A stretch of 63,814 nucleotides of DNA, counting the filler, from Octopus bimaculoides (Eukaryota): NCBI RefSeq assembly GCF_001194135.2. It is 6 parts of 6 records of this genome, joined end to end, with 100 filler letters (N's around TTAATTAATTAA, not from the genome) between each part and the next. Parts side by side here need not be neighbours in the genome. Positions count along the whole stretch, not along the records: positions 23,195 to 38,177 come from NC_068986.1; positions 38,278 to 54,928 come from NC_069003.1; 4 more parts are not named here. One strand, written 5' to 3'. Shown here one piece after another: positions 27,110 to 39,258 of this stretch (the stretch's first letter is position 1; every line of letters starts with the position of its first letter). Below the pieces are notes generated by a model, which saw only the letters and a program-made list of their open reading frames with translations, did no database searches and was not told where the DNA came from. Made by a program: the position numbers and the translations under genes.

Positions 27110-28589
27110 ATATGTATATATATATATATAGTTTTAGGGAAAATAACCAAGTTTCAAGAACTCATGGATGAAAATCCACTATCACATATAGAAAAATTAA
27201 CAATTAAAAGCACAATAAATGAGCAAAGTAAAGCAAAGTAAATATCATAAGATAAATATAATAANNNNNNNNNNNNNNNNNNNNNNNNNNNNNNNNNNNN
27301 NNNNNNNNNNNNNNNNNNNNNNNNNNNNNNNNNNNNNNNNNNNNNNNNNNNNNNNNNNNNNNNNNNNNNNNNNNNNNNNNNNNNNNNNNNNNNNNNNNNN
27401 NNNNNNNNNNNNNNNNNNNNNNNNNNNNNNNNNNNNNNNNNNNNNNNNNNNNNNNNNNNNNNNNNNNNNNNNNNNNNNNNNNNNNNNNNNNNNNNNNNNN
27501 NNNNNNNNNNNNNNNNNNNNNNNNNNNNNNNNNNNNNNNNNNNNNNNNNNNNNNNNNNNNNNNNNNNNNNNNNNNNNNNNNNNNNNNNNNNNNNNNNNNN
27601 NNNNNNNNNNNNNNNNNNNNNNNNNNNNNNNNNNNNNNNNNNNNNNNNNNNNNNNNNNNNNNNNNNNNNNNNNNNNNNNNNNNNNNNNNNNNNNNNNNNN
27701 NNNNNNNNNNNNNNNNNNNNNNNNNNNNNNNNNNNNNNNNNNNNNNNNNNNNNNNNNNNNNNNNNNNNNNNNNNNNNNNNNNNNNNNNNNNNNNNNNNNN
27801 NNNNNNNNNNNNNNNNNNNNNNNNNNNNNNNNNNNNNNNNNNNNNNNNNNNNNNNNNNNNNNNNNNNNNNNNNNNNNNNNNNNNNNNNNNNNNNNNNNNN
27901 NNNNNNNNNNNNNNNNNNNNNNNNNNNNNNNNNNNNNNNNNNNNNNNNNNNNNNNNNNNNNNNNNNNNNNNNNNNNNNNNNNNNNNNNNNNNNNNNNNNN
28001 NNGTATGTATAAGGGCGTGTGTTGGGGTATTTATTTTTATAATATTTCCTCTTTAATTATTCTAGTAGTTATATTTTATTTTTATTGGTAGGTTAATATT
28101 TTAGGAAGTTTAAGGTTTTATATTACAATGACACTACGATTTTATAAGACTAAATCAATAGTAGTATTTTAGCTTATTTCATAATATTATTTAATTTATG
28201 ACCCTTAATCTTATTATTAATTTATTATATATTAGAATTTAAAATTTATTAATGTTTTAAAAGATAGCTATAGTTTTTTGTTTTTATGTTGTTAGTTATA
28301 TAAATTTTAATTTTTTCATTCATTTTTTTAAGTATTATTATTATTTCATTCATGTTTTCATATTCTATTCTCTATTTTAACGTAATATTTTCGCGCGACC
28401 TCTTGCTTAAAACGCTATAGCTATTAGATAACGTCTTAGTTTCAGTTTGAATTATGGAAAAATATGGATAAGTACTGTTTTTATTTTGCTAAAGATTTTT
28501 TACTATTTGAAAATAATATGTATTCTTGTTTTTTATATTATTCATTTGGTTCTTTATAGATTATTTTTAATAGATAACTTATTTAACAC

Positions 28590-29435
28590 TGTAGAAAAGG
28601 CGTAGGTAGAAACTCTATAAAATGCACCCAGTGCAAGCTATGGACACATAAGAGGTGCAGCAATATCAAAGGAAGGTTAACTAGGAAGTTAGTTTTTGTA
28701 TGTAGCAGATGTTCAGGAGCTATAAACACTGTAAATGTGCAGAAAACAACTTCTGCCACATTCCAGGGAGAAAAACTAGAAGTGGTTGATAGCTTCCGCT
28801 ATCTAGGTGACCAAGTTAGTAGTGGGGGAGGGTGCACTGAAAGTGTAGCTGCTAGAATAAGAATAGCCTGGACAAAGTTCAGAGAGCTCTTGCCTCTGCT
28901 GGTGACAAAGGGTCTCTCTCTCAGAGTAAAAGGCAGATTGTATGACGCATGTGTACGAACAGCCATGCTTCATGGCAGTGAAACATGGGCCATGACTGCT
29001 GAAGACATGCGTAGACTCGCAAGGAATGAAGCCAGTATGCTCCAATGGATGTGTAATGTCAGTGTGCATACTAGACAGAGTGTAAATACCTTGAGAGAAA
29101 AGTTGAACCTAAGAAGCGTCAGTTGTGGTGTGCTAGAGAGATGATTGCGCTGGTATGGTCATGTGGCGAGAATGGATGAGGATAGCTGTGTGAAAAAGTG
29201 CCACACCCTAACAGTTGAGGGAACCTGTGGAAGAGGTAGGCCCAGGAAGACCTGGGATGAGGTGGTGAGGCACGACCTTCGAACATTGGGCCTCACCGAG
29301 GCGATGGCTTCTGGCCGAGACCTTTGGAAATATGCTGTGCGTGAGAAGACCCGGCAAGCCAAGTGAGACCTAAATCCAAGGCCTCTGCCAGGGGTGTAGC
29401 CAGCCCCCTTATGCGTACCTCTCCTTCATTGGACA
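28590..29435 (+). mobile_element. RTE-clade LINE, 5' truncated: PHD-like finger, RT C-terminus and start of 3' UTR; one in-frame stop at 29142-29144
   Basis: CRKGVGRNSIKCTQCKLWTHKRC...CSRC, then VVDSFRYLGD, KGRLYDACVRTAMLHGSETW, LRWYGHVARM, GRGRPRKTWDEVV. Confidence 0.93.
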
Positions 29436-31289
29436 TATATAGGTTAAGTATGATACATAGATGGTTATATATATATCATCAGCATTTAACGTCCATCTTC
29501 CATGCTTGCATGGATTGGACAGTTTGACAGGAACCAATGAACTGGAAAACTGCATTGCATTCCAATGTCTGTTTTGGTATGGTTTCTACAACTAGATGCA
29601 TTTCCTGATGCCTATCTTATACTTCATTACTAGAAAGAGGAATACTCAACATTAGTAAAGTTCAAAATAAAATCTTTAAATGGAATTTGTGTCAGTCTTC
29701 TGGAACCAAAGGTATCATGTTGTCAAATGTCAACAAATATTTATCTAGGAATTAGAATTACAACAGACTTTCTGCCACTATGGCTAATGAAAATGTGTTG
29801 CAAGATCATAAGTAAAAGGAGATGATGTCATTTTTTGGATTGCACTCATGAATATGTTAGTTCAGGGGAAGTAATCGTTCATAGATGGTAATGTCGTTTG
29901 TTTCCCTTGATACAGAACAGAACTACATTCAAAATAATATTAAAATGCATACACTCATGCATATGAATGTATATTGTTGTTTATATCTTGTGACCTGTTT
30001 TCCCTACTGGATGTATCTATAAGAAGTAGTCTTTAGGTAACCATGCTATAACTGCAGATATCAAAATTTTGGATGTATGGCCTTCTGTAAATGCAGCATT
30101 GTCAAACCTGGCAATTTATTGTAATGGTAGCATATTTCCAGTGAATTCTCATTCATTTTCATTCGTTCATAAAGCGGGTAATTAGGAAGACATGGTTTTG
30201 ATATCTTGGTATCTAGCTACATATAGAGCTTTGGCCAAAATGTATGTGGGAACTCAAGGCTATAACTCATACTGGGTTATAGATAAACTAAATTAGAACT
30301 GCCACATTTGTAGGCTGCTAGTGGACTGTTGTGGAAGTCATGATATAGTCTTAGCATTGACATTGCTGTTTATTGGGTGTACAGGTTCATCCAAAAATAT
30401 TCTGTTACTGTATGCAAACTAAATGTGGTTGAAGCTAATATATGGCTTGTAGCTATCTTACACCTAGGTATTTTTCTCATAATAGTTGTGTCTGGTATTC
30501 TTGTAATTCATGTTCAGGCACACATTACACATGCACATACATGTTTCTAACTTCAATTCAAGTACATATACTTGGTGTAAGTGATGAGTTAGATTAACAG
30601 TATTGTTTGGGTGACAGTTGTTTCAACCATGGAACCTCTTGGAATATTTGGTCCAAAGTATGTGTCCTGGGGCTATTGAATAATATATGAGTGGGGTATC
30701 CTAGTGGTGGGTTTGATGCATTTTTGCACTTTTTATTTTTTTTTTGCTGTACTGTTGTGGTTGATGTCGGGGGCATTCTGAAGGTAGTAGGGTGTGATGG
30801 GATGGAAAAATTTAGCTGGGTTGAAATTGTGGTCTGTAACACACCCATGTTCCATATTAGCATACATTGAGAACAGGAATGTATCTGAAAGTTTAATATC
30901 TGTTAAGTTTTCTGTGATGCAAAGGTTTGCATTAGCAGATTGCTCACTTTGCACACCTTCAGGCATTGCACTTGTTTCTTTTTCTTTTTTTTTAATGAAT
31001 TCATGTGTTGTGCATGTCTTTCCTTTCCTTGAAGGTATTCCTTGTTAATCCTCTGTAAGTTTTTAGTGCATACCACCATCTGAAATATCAGCTCTGAACA
31101 CCAGTTCCCTAACATCTTTGCTGTGGTTAAGTATTTATGAATCTGTGTTAGAGCAGCATTTATAGATATCTTATATTGTATTTCTGTTAAAAATTTTATA
31201 GTATTCATGCATTGGTGGGAAGTGATTATCAGTTAGAGTGAAGAATCTAGCTGCATTGGTTGCTATATTCATACAATATAGTGGATTTT

Positions 31290-32170
31290 TCTGTGTCTAC
31301 ATCTAGATCTTGTTGAAGTGGCCCTATTAATGATGGTCAAGCAAGAAATATACTTACTTATGTTATTGGGGCAGATGGAGTGAGTTTTATCTATTTAGGT
31401 GATTTCTTCTGTAGGTTTGTGGAAGGGATAGTATTAACCTGTAGTGCAATTCATGGTAATATCTGGACAGCTGATGATTTTGATGTTGGTATTCACAGAT
31501 ATTTTCAGGTTGTGTATCTATTCTACTAAGCTTCTTTCTGATACTGCCCATATTTGTTACATGCTACTCCAGTCTAATGTATCTGTAATCCTAAGCTAAC
31601 CTCCTTTACTTCATTATTTAGCTTATTAAGAATAAGTTGACTTTCAAGGTCTGCAACTTTGTCCATGCCATAGGTCTTTATTATATCAGAGAGCTTGTCA
31701 CTATTCTTTTCTTTTACCTAATAAGAGTCATAATGGAATAACAATGGTTTTTCTGGCATTCATAATAATTAACCTACAACTAGGCTTATGGGTAAATTTG
31801 GTCCTTTGATCCTTGAAGGTCACAAAGAGTTTATACAAGTTGAGATATTGTATTTCATCAGTTATGTTTAATTTGTTAGATGTTTTGCTTCATTTTTAAT
31901 GTCGTTGTATAGACTAGGGCCAGTTTCTTGTATGTCTTAGTGATATTATCTAACAATAGTATGAACCTCTGTTTTGTATGTTTTGTTTTTGCTTTTTGTT
32001 TAATTGGCTTTTATAAAGATGTCGTAGAAATTCTTTTAGTTTATGTTGGAATCTATTGGGTCTGTTGTTAAAGTTAATATTTTAACTAATCTAATGAAAG
32101 TTTCATTCAATCTAGTTCTTTTATATGTAGGTGACTTTTGCAAGATTTGAAATCGAAACTGTCCTCTGTA
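31290..32170 (-). mobile_element. Heavily decayed Penelope-like RT (Naiad/Chlamys-like)
   Basis: Minus-strand remnants LLLDNITKTYKK (31924-31959), LFVTFKDQRTKFTHKPSCRL, IIMNARKPLLF, LILNKL, LKISVNTNIKII..DITM..TTG.YYPFHKP. Confidence 0.75.
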
Positions 32171-33379
32171 GATGAACTGATAAGTTTTTCAAGAAAAAAA
32201 AATTACTTTTCCATTCCATTCCATTCTTCTTAGTATATTTTCTCCCCCTTCATTAGTAATCAGTTTCCAAGGAAAAAGGATATTGTGATGTCCTGTTTTT
32301 CTTATGGTTCTTTCTTTGTTTAATTGTTTATCTCAGTAGATTTTTACCGATTCCAACAATTTCCAATTTCACAAATTATTACCTTAACCATTTTCTGCAC
32401 TGCTAATAATCAAATCATATGTTTCTAAGAACAAATTATTTGTAAATATTGGATTCTTTTTTACTTTTGATTTAACCCTATTCTGCAGATATAATAATGT
32501 TCCTTTAGCAAATTTTGTAAGAATAAACATTTCAATAACTTTTATTTCATTTGATGTAATGTTTCATGTTACATTAATTTCTGTTTTATTTTTAAAGAAT
32601 GCTTTAATTTCAAAAAGATGAGTTATGTATCTAATTAGGTTTATTAAATGTTCTTTTGTTAGGTTGGTTAGTTATTCAGTCTTTTACTTTTAATTTCAAT
32701 GTAGTTTAGGCTTTTGAAATATGAAACAAAGATATTCCTGATTTTCTTATAGTTTATTTCTTTTTTATGTTATTACCTTTAAATAAATGACCTTTTCTTT
32801 TATTTTGTAAAATTCTTTTATGCTTGAGAGAGAGAGAGACAGACAGACAGAGACAATGGCATTAGCTATGGCTTTTAAATCCAAAGTTTAACAAATTAAG
32901 GTGTTAAAAAGTAACTTAGTAATTACCATTGGTCATGTATGTTATGTGCTTTTATTGAAGGTAAGGAATATGTGATTAGTTTAATTTAAACAGAGGAATT
33001 GAAGTCAAAAGGTCTGTGTATTGACTGCATAGCCCTGAGCACAGGGCTATTTAACTAGCTCTGATGCAGACAAAAACGTTATATGCACAGCTGAAAGCTG
33101 TTTGGGTTATATAATCCAGCTCTACTAGATTATATGAACCTCCACCTGCACAATATCAATGATATCAGTAATGTCAAGTCCTTTCATAACTCAGAGTATT
33201 GGATGGACCATTGTTTAATGCAAATAACAGTTCCAGTTGGTAATTAGTGAAAGAAAGAAGTGTGTCAGTTTTCCCAGCAACCTTAAGGGAGGTTTTCTTA
33301 TGAGACAAGCTTAAAGGCTAGGCATAAGCTCTTTTACTTTCTAAAGATAGTTCTATTCTATACACTAAATCAACAGAAA

Positions 33380-34050
33380 GCCCAGATTGCTAGATTAAAT
33401 ACTTTTCTGTACTGTTAAACTGAATTTTGTGGGTGAAGCTCTATCAGCCTTGAACAAAGACCTGTTGTTACATCCTTGACCATGGAATGCTCAGTACAAG
33501 ATGTAACAACAATAGTATGGAAATAGAATCTTAAGGCTCCTAGTAAAGATGAAATCTATACTGAGTTCTTGCACTTTAGTGATAGACCTATCAAAAAGAA
33601 TCTTCATGAGTTTATTAGTGCAGTCTAGAGAAATGGTGTTGTTCCCAATAACTGGAAATATGAAATTATGCTGCTTCTTTATACAAATGGTGTCAGAAAT
33701 AAAGAGTGGTAACCACAGAGGCATTGCTTTGCTGTCAGCAGTTGACAAGGTTCTAGCAAGTATTGTTCTTGCTTGCCAGAATAAACTCCTTGTGATTGAT
33801 ATCTTTTAAAAATCACTGTGTGGTTGATATATTTTTAAAATCACTGTGTGGCTACAATGGATTTAATTTTCACAGTAAACCACATACAGGGTAGATACTA
33901 AGAGCAGAACAGAGATCTTGTACGTGTTTCCATTAATTTAACAAATGCCTTTGATACTGTAAATAGAGTATCCCTGTAAAAAATACTATGTAAACTTAGT
34001 TGTCCATATCACAGTGTATCAATAAATAAATCATTTCATGATGAAAACCT
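33380..34050 (+). mobile_element. Decayed RTE-BovB-like LINE RT N-terminal fragment
   Basis: KAPSKDEIYTE, SGNHRGIALLSAVDKVLA, EQNRDL, AFDTVNR, KLSCP..SFHD motifs with stops and frameshifts. Confidence 0.75.
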
Positions 34051-37000
34051 GAATTTAGAGCTTTTACTTTCTGAATTCAGAGGTTTTAGCCTCTGAATTT
34101 AGAGCTCTGAATTTTATTGACTGTCTGTTATTGATTTATGTTCACAGACTCAAACATACACACAAGTGCACTTTTACAAATCTAACCTTTATCGCAATTT
34201 ATTTCTCACGTATATTGAGATGTAGAGGCATATACTTGAGAAAAAAAGAAAAATAATTAAATGCAGTAAGGTTTATAAAATAAGCTAAAATTTTTATTTT
34301 TAACCTTCGAAAAAAATATTTTATATCATTTCTGTTAAAATTATTAAAATTTTTAAATCAGTTAAAAATTATTTAATTTTGATAAAATATAAAAAATATG
34401 GTTTTATTTAATTAAAATCTGGCGATGTGGGAGTCATGGGAAGTTGAAATTTAAGCCTGAATTGCTATTCAAATAGGAAAAACAAATATCTGAGAAAACA
34501 CTGGCATTGTCATTTTTTTTTTTTTATTTGAATTTCGGTATTTTTCTTTCACTGAATTCCAGTTTAAGTTTCAATTTATTTCTGATTCAATTTAATCCCC
34601 AACTCCCAATATAATTTTGGTGTATGAAGGAAGTTAGAAGAATATTGCAGCTATTGCATTTTTGCTAGCAAGAGAATCAGGAGATGGGGATATATAGATT
34701 GATAGAATGAGGGTTTGAAAGAATGAAGGGCCAGGTGGAGAATCTAGAGTAGAAGATAAATGGAAAGAGGGAGAGTATATGAAATCAAGAAGGGAATCTA
34801 GAGAGGGAGATAGACAGATAGAAGAATATGAGAGACTGACAAGAGAAAGAATCTAGAGAGTAGGGTTTAAGGAGCTGGCAAGAGTAAAGAAAAGGAAATG
34901 TAAAAAGAGAAGAGTAAATATATTAGAGAATTTAGAAGGAGAAAGCGAGAGCAGGGTAGTGAGTTCTAGGAAGAGAATGTAGTTGAGAGTTGTCTGGCAG
35001 CAGACTACAAAGATAGTTTGTATGTATATGAGAGAGAGAGAGAGAGAGAGAGAGGAGGAGGAGGAAAGAGGCTAGCTAGCAAGATCATCTCTAGTGTTGG
35101 AGGGTGGAGTAAAACAGATCAATATTTCCTTGACATGAGTTTGAACCAAGTAAAATCACAAAAAAACTAAACTGAAAATAAATGATGTTGTTGAAAATAA
35201 TCAATAACTGAAAAGAGATTTAAATTTTTTCTTCCTCTCATCATTTTTATGTTTTCTCTATCAGCATTAAGACTGGGATAAGATGATGCAGGAAGAGTGT
35301 TTAGAAGGAAGATGCTAGGCTGCTGGTGAAGAAGCAGACTTAAAATTTAATTCAGAGAGTGTATATATGCATGAATGAGATGTGTGTTTCTCTTGAAACT
35401 GGTAGTAGGGTGAGGAGACCAAAAATGACAGTAGCAATGTTTTTACGGGTTCTGTATTTTGGGAGCATTATGCCTTGAGAAAGGCATAAATATTGCTTTA
35501 TGTAAAGTTTTAAAAATATTTTTTTAATGTAAAAAGGCAACTTTTAGGGGCTATTGAAGCCCATTTCAAATCATTTCCATTCTGTCTTGGAAAAAGCATC
35601 ATTGTCTTACAATCCTCTTTTACCCCTCCTGTAAAATCTACAGCTTTGTGCTAATGTAAAAAAAAAAAAAAATTTTTTTTTCAGGACAATTTTTGTTTTG
35701 GGGACATTTCATCTCTCTATGTTAATGCAAGGAAGAAACGCTTGTGTATTATTTAATTCCCTTTTCATTCTTAGCTTTAAATTTATACAATTGTGTTTAT
35801 GTTAGGAATCATTTTGATATCTTAAGATCAGTATGTTGCCTTTCTCCCATTGCTATTATCTCTGAGAAAGGCATGAATGCCACTTAACCTTACTTCTGAT
35901 TCTTCACTCTCAATAGTGTCATGACTGTATGACTCAATTGTTCAATTTCATGTGTGTGTGCTTTCCATATGCCATTCAGTTAGAGAGAAGCTCCTCCAGC
36001 TAGCTGTGTTTATTCTATATTTAGTTTTGATTCCCTCTTGTCTTGAAAAAATTCCCAATTTCTCTCTATAAATCTTCATGTTTAAGAGACAGTATTTTAA
36101 AGAGAATGGATTCTGGTGATGGCAGCAGCGGTGGCTGTTGTTGTTTGATGGTGGTATTCAATTCAGAATGAAAAGACCTATGATTAAAGGTACTCCAACT
36201 GTGACCATCCCATCTTTTTCCTGAGACTACATTATCCAATGCATCCTTTTTTTAAGATGGTAGGATGTAATTTCAGAGAGATTTAACTGTTATTTCTAGC
36301 TGGGCAAGCTTTGGGAAACAATGTAGATCACGAGGGAGTGTTACCTGTGCTCTGATAAACCAAAATATTATCCTCTTAAATTTGTGGTCGATTGGAAGAA
36401 TTACTATACCAAATTTCTTCCACAGATAAACCTACCCAAACATCTTATAAAAGCAATAACACACTGGATAATGTAGACCTAGATATATTATGCCTGCCAA
36501 AAAAGAAAAAAAAATGCATAGGAAGGTTACAGATAGAATATCAGTTGAATAATGAAAGGTCAACACAAAAGGTCAGATCTATGAACCACAACTAGACATT
36601 TGACCAACTACCATCTGCAATTAACCATTAGTCAACTAGAGTCGTTATGCAGTCACTCAATCTGCTAGGAATAGCAGCCAAATCTTCAGATCACACCATA
36701 TCATTTAGATATTGTTTGAGTTACTACCTCATCAAAATAAAACAAACAAAAAAATTACATTTGTAAGACTTGGTAAATTCATGTGCCATGTAGAGAAGTA
36801 AGTAGTACTAATATGTTGGGTATGGTAGAAAAACTCTGCCTGAAATATCAGTACTCTGTTTCCCTAATGCACATGAACTTGTCTTATTCTGTGAATAGTA
36901 AAAAGTACTGATGGTTTATTTGTATGACTGTACTTAACTAATGAATGCAATGTTTACCTGACTGGTGTGCATGTATGTTTGCAGAGATGTTCCTCTCTAC

Positions 37001-37204
37001 AGCTTTTCAAACACAACTTAATATAAACTCAAAACAATTTTAAATAAGTAAAGTTTATTTGCAAATGTAAAGTGGCAGTCCTGATTAGGATGAATGCTAC
37101 TACTTTTTAGCCCCAGGAAAACATCTTCTCCAGCTGGCTATTGATGCACTAACTGCATCCTTACACTTCGAACAAGGGAGCTAGTGTCTCCAGTCAGCTG
37201 AAAG

Positions 37205-37256
37205 CGATATCTAAGTACCAATGGTTTCTGGGTTGTTTCTCTTCATCAGCACAGAA
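37205..37256 (-). ncRNA. Minimal type I hammerhead motif (stem I damaged)
   Basis: Minus strand TGTG-CTGATGA-AGAGAAACAACCCA-GAAA-CCATTG-GTA. Confidence 0.55.
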
Positions 37257-37545
37257 TAATTGCTTGGCTAGTGATGACAGCACTAGGTCTTGTTTGAAGT
37301 ATATACTTTTAAAGTGACATGCAGTTACTGATCTCGTAAATAGAAAAGCTATTAGTTCTAAATTTCTGAATGAAAGACATGCAGCAATAGTACTTTAGAG
37401 TAAGGTTTATTTGCCAATGTAAAGTGGCAGTCCTGATTAGAACAAATGTTACTACTTTTTAGCCTCAGGAAAGCATTTCCAGCTGACTATCGATGCACTA
37501 ACTTCGAACAAGACCTAGTGCTGCCATCTCTAACCAGGTGAATAT

Positions 37546-37591
37546 TGTGTGCTGATGAAGTGAAATAACCCAGAAAGCATTGGTACACATA
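37546..37591 (+). ncRNA. Minimal type I hammerhead motif (stem III damaged)
   Basis: TGTGTG-CTGATGA-AGTGAAATAACCCA-GAAA-GCATTG-GTA-CACATA; 6-bp stem I; predicted cut after 37585. Confidence 0.6.
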
Positions 37592-37934
37592 TCACTTTGA
37601 GCTGAGTGGGGATACCAGTTCCCTTGTTTGAAGTGTAATGACGCAGTTAGTACGTTGATAGCCAGCTGGAGAAGATGTTTTACTGGGGCTAAAAAGTAGT
37701 AACATTCATCCTAATCAGGACTGCCACTTTACGTTGGCAAATAAACTTTACTCTAAAGTACTGTTGCTGCATGTCTTTTGTTCAGAGAGTTAGGACTAAT
37801 AGTTGTTCTATTAATTTCAGATAAACCTGAAGCAAATTAAAATAAACTCAAAACAATTTAAAATAAACTTGAAGTGAAATCTTTTTCTAATTAAGTAATG
37901 CCATCAAACTAACACTATTTTTTTAGTACTGATG

Positions 37935-38177
37935 AATCATCATCATCATCATCATCATCGTTTAACGTCCGCTTTCCATGCTAGCATGGGTTGGACGATT
38001 TGACTGAGGACTGGTGAAACCGGATGGCAACACCAGACTCCAATCTAATTTGGCAGAGTTTCTACAGCTGGATGCCCTTCCTAACGCCAACCACTCAGAG
38101 AGTGCAGTGGGTGCTTTTACGTGTCACCCGCACGAAAACGGCCACGCTCGAAATGGTGTCTTTTATGTGCCACCCGC
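37935..38177 (-). mobile_element. 3' terminus of RTE-type LINE with (GAT)n tail
   Basis: Reverse complement of about 26870-27109; cut by the spacer. Confidence 0.85.
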
Positions 38178-38277
38178 NNNNNNNNNNNNNNNNNNNNNNN
38201 NNNNNNNNNNNNNNNNNNNNNTTAATTAATTAANNNNNNNNNNNNNNNNNNNNNNNNNNNNNNNNNNNNNNNNNNNN
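38178..38277. other. Artificial scaffold spacer
   Basis: 44N-TTAATTAATTAA-44N. Confidence 0.97.
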
Positions 38278-38331
38278 ATATATATATATGTATACATATA
38301 TATATGTATGTATGTATGTATGTACATACAT

Positions 38332-38544
38332 ATATTGTTATGTTTTAGGATGGTCATTTTTGTTCTTGCGAAGTAAACAAATGCACTATATATTCTTCCT
38401 TCAGTTGGTTATTACAGTTCCTATTTTATGTCTTTTGTCTGGATATAAGAAATAAGAACAATAATAAACAAGTGAAGGACTAATATACAGTGTGTATGTT
38501 TATTTGGCAAGAAAAAATATGACCATTCCGAAATATAACAATAT
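38332..38544. mobile_element. MITE with about 45-bp imperfect terminal inverted repeats
   Basis: TATTGTTATGTTTTAGGATGGTCATTTTTGTTCTTGCGAAGTAAACA versus reverse of TGTTTATTTGGCAAGAAAAAATATGACCATTCCGAAATATAACAATA. Confidence 0.75.
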
Positions 38545-38724
38545 TTAGGTGTATTTACACCATTTGTCTACAGTGAGAAATTTTGTCCATGGCAAAACAC
38601 AGTGAATGGCTTATGAACGAGTTTGAACCGGCCACTGGTGTATTCGAAATAGTAATAAAATTGCATAACAATATTTGTTTCAAAACACAATTTCACATCA
38701 GGAATCTTGTAAGCCAAATTCATA

Positions 38725-38845
38725 AACACAGACACACAGAGACACAGACACAGAAACACACAGACACAGACACAGACACAGACACACACACAGACACACA
38801 CACAAACACACACACACACACTCACACACACAAACACACACACAG

Positions 38846-38909
<64 letters not shown>
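38725..38909. repeat. Compound (CAGACA)n/(CA)n microsatellite
   Basis: Directly visible, runs into an N gap. Confidence 0.97.
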
Positions 38910-39258
38910 NNNNNNNNNNNNNNNNNNNNNNNNNNNNNNNNNNNNNNNNNNNNNNNNNNNNNNNNNNNNNNNNNNNNNNNNNNNNNNNNNNNNNNNNNNN
39001 NNNNNNNNNNNNNNNNNNNNNNNNNNNNNNNNNNNNNNNNNNNNNNNNNNNNNNNNNNNNNNNNNNNNNNNNNNNNNNNNNNNNNNNNNNNNNNNNNNNN
39101 NNNNNNNNNNNNNNNNNNNNNNNNNNNNNNNNNNNNNNNNNNNNNNNNNNNNNNNNNNNNNNNNNNNNNNNNNNNNNNNNNNNNNNNNNNNNNNNNNNNN
39201 NNNNNNNNNNNNNNNNNNNNNNNNNNNNNNNNNNNNNNNNNNNATATATATATATATA

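Larger units (their letters stand above)
37023..37866. mobile_element. Penelope-terminus-like foldback cassette with two hammerhead motifs, flanked by 25-bp direct repeats
   Basis: 37049-37290 is the reverse complement of 37501-37750; 37341-37500 inverts onto 37640-37810; ATAAACTCAAAACAATTT(T/A)AAATAA at 37023 and 37842. Confidence 0.75.
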
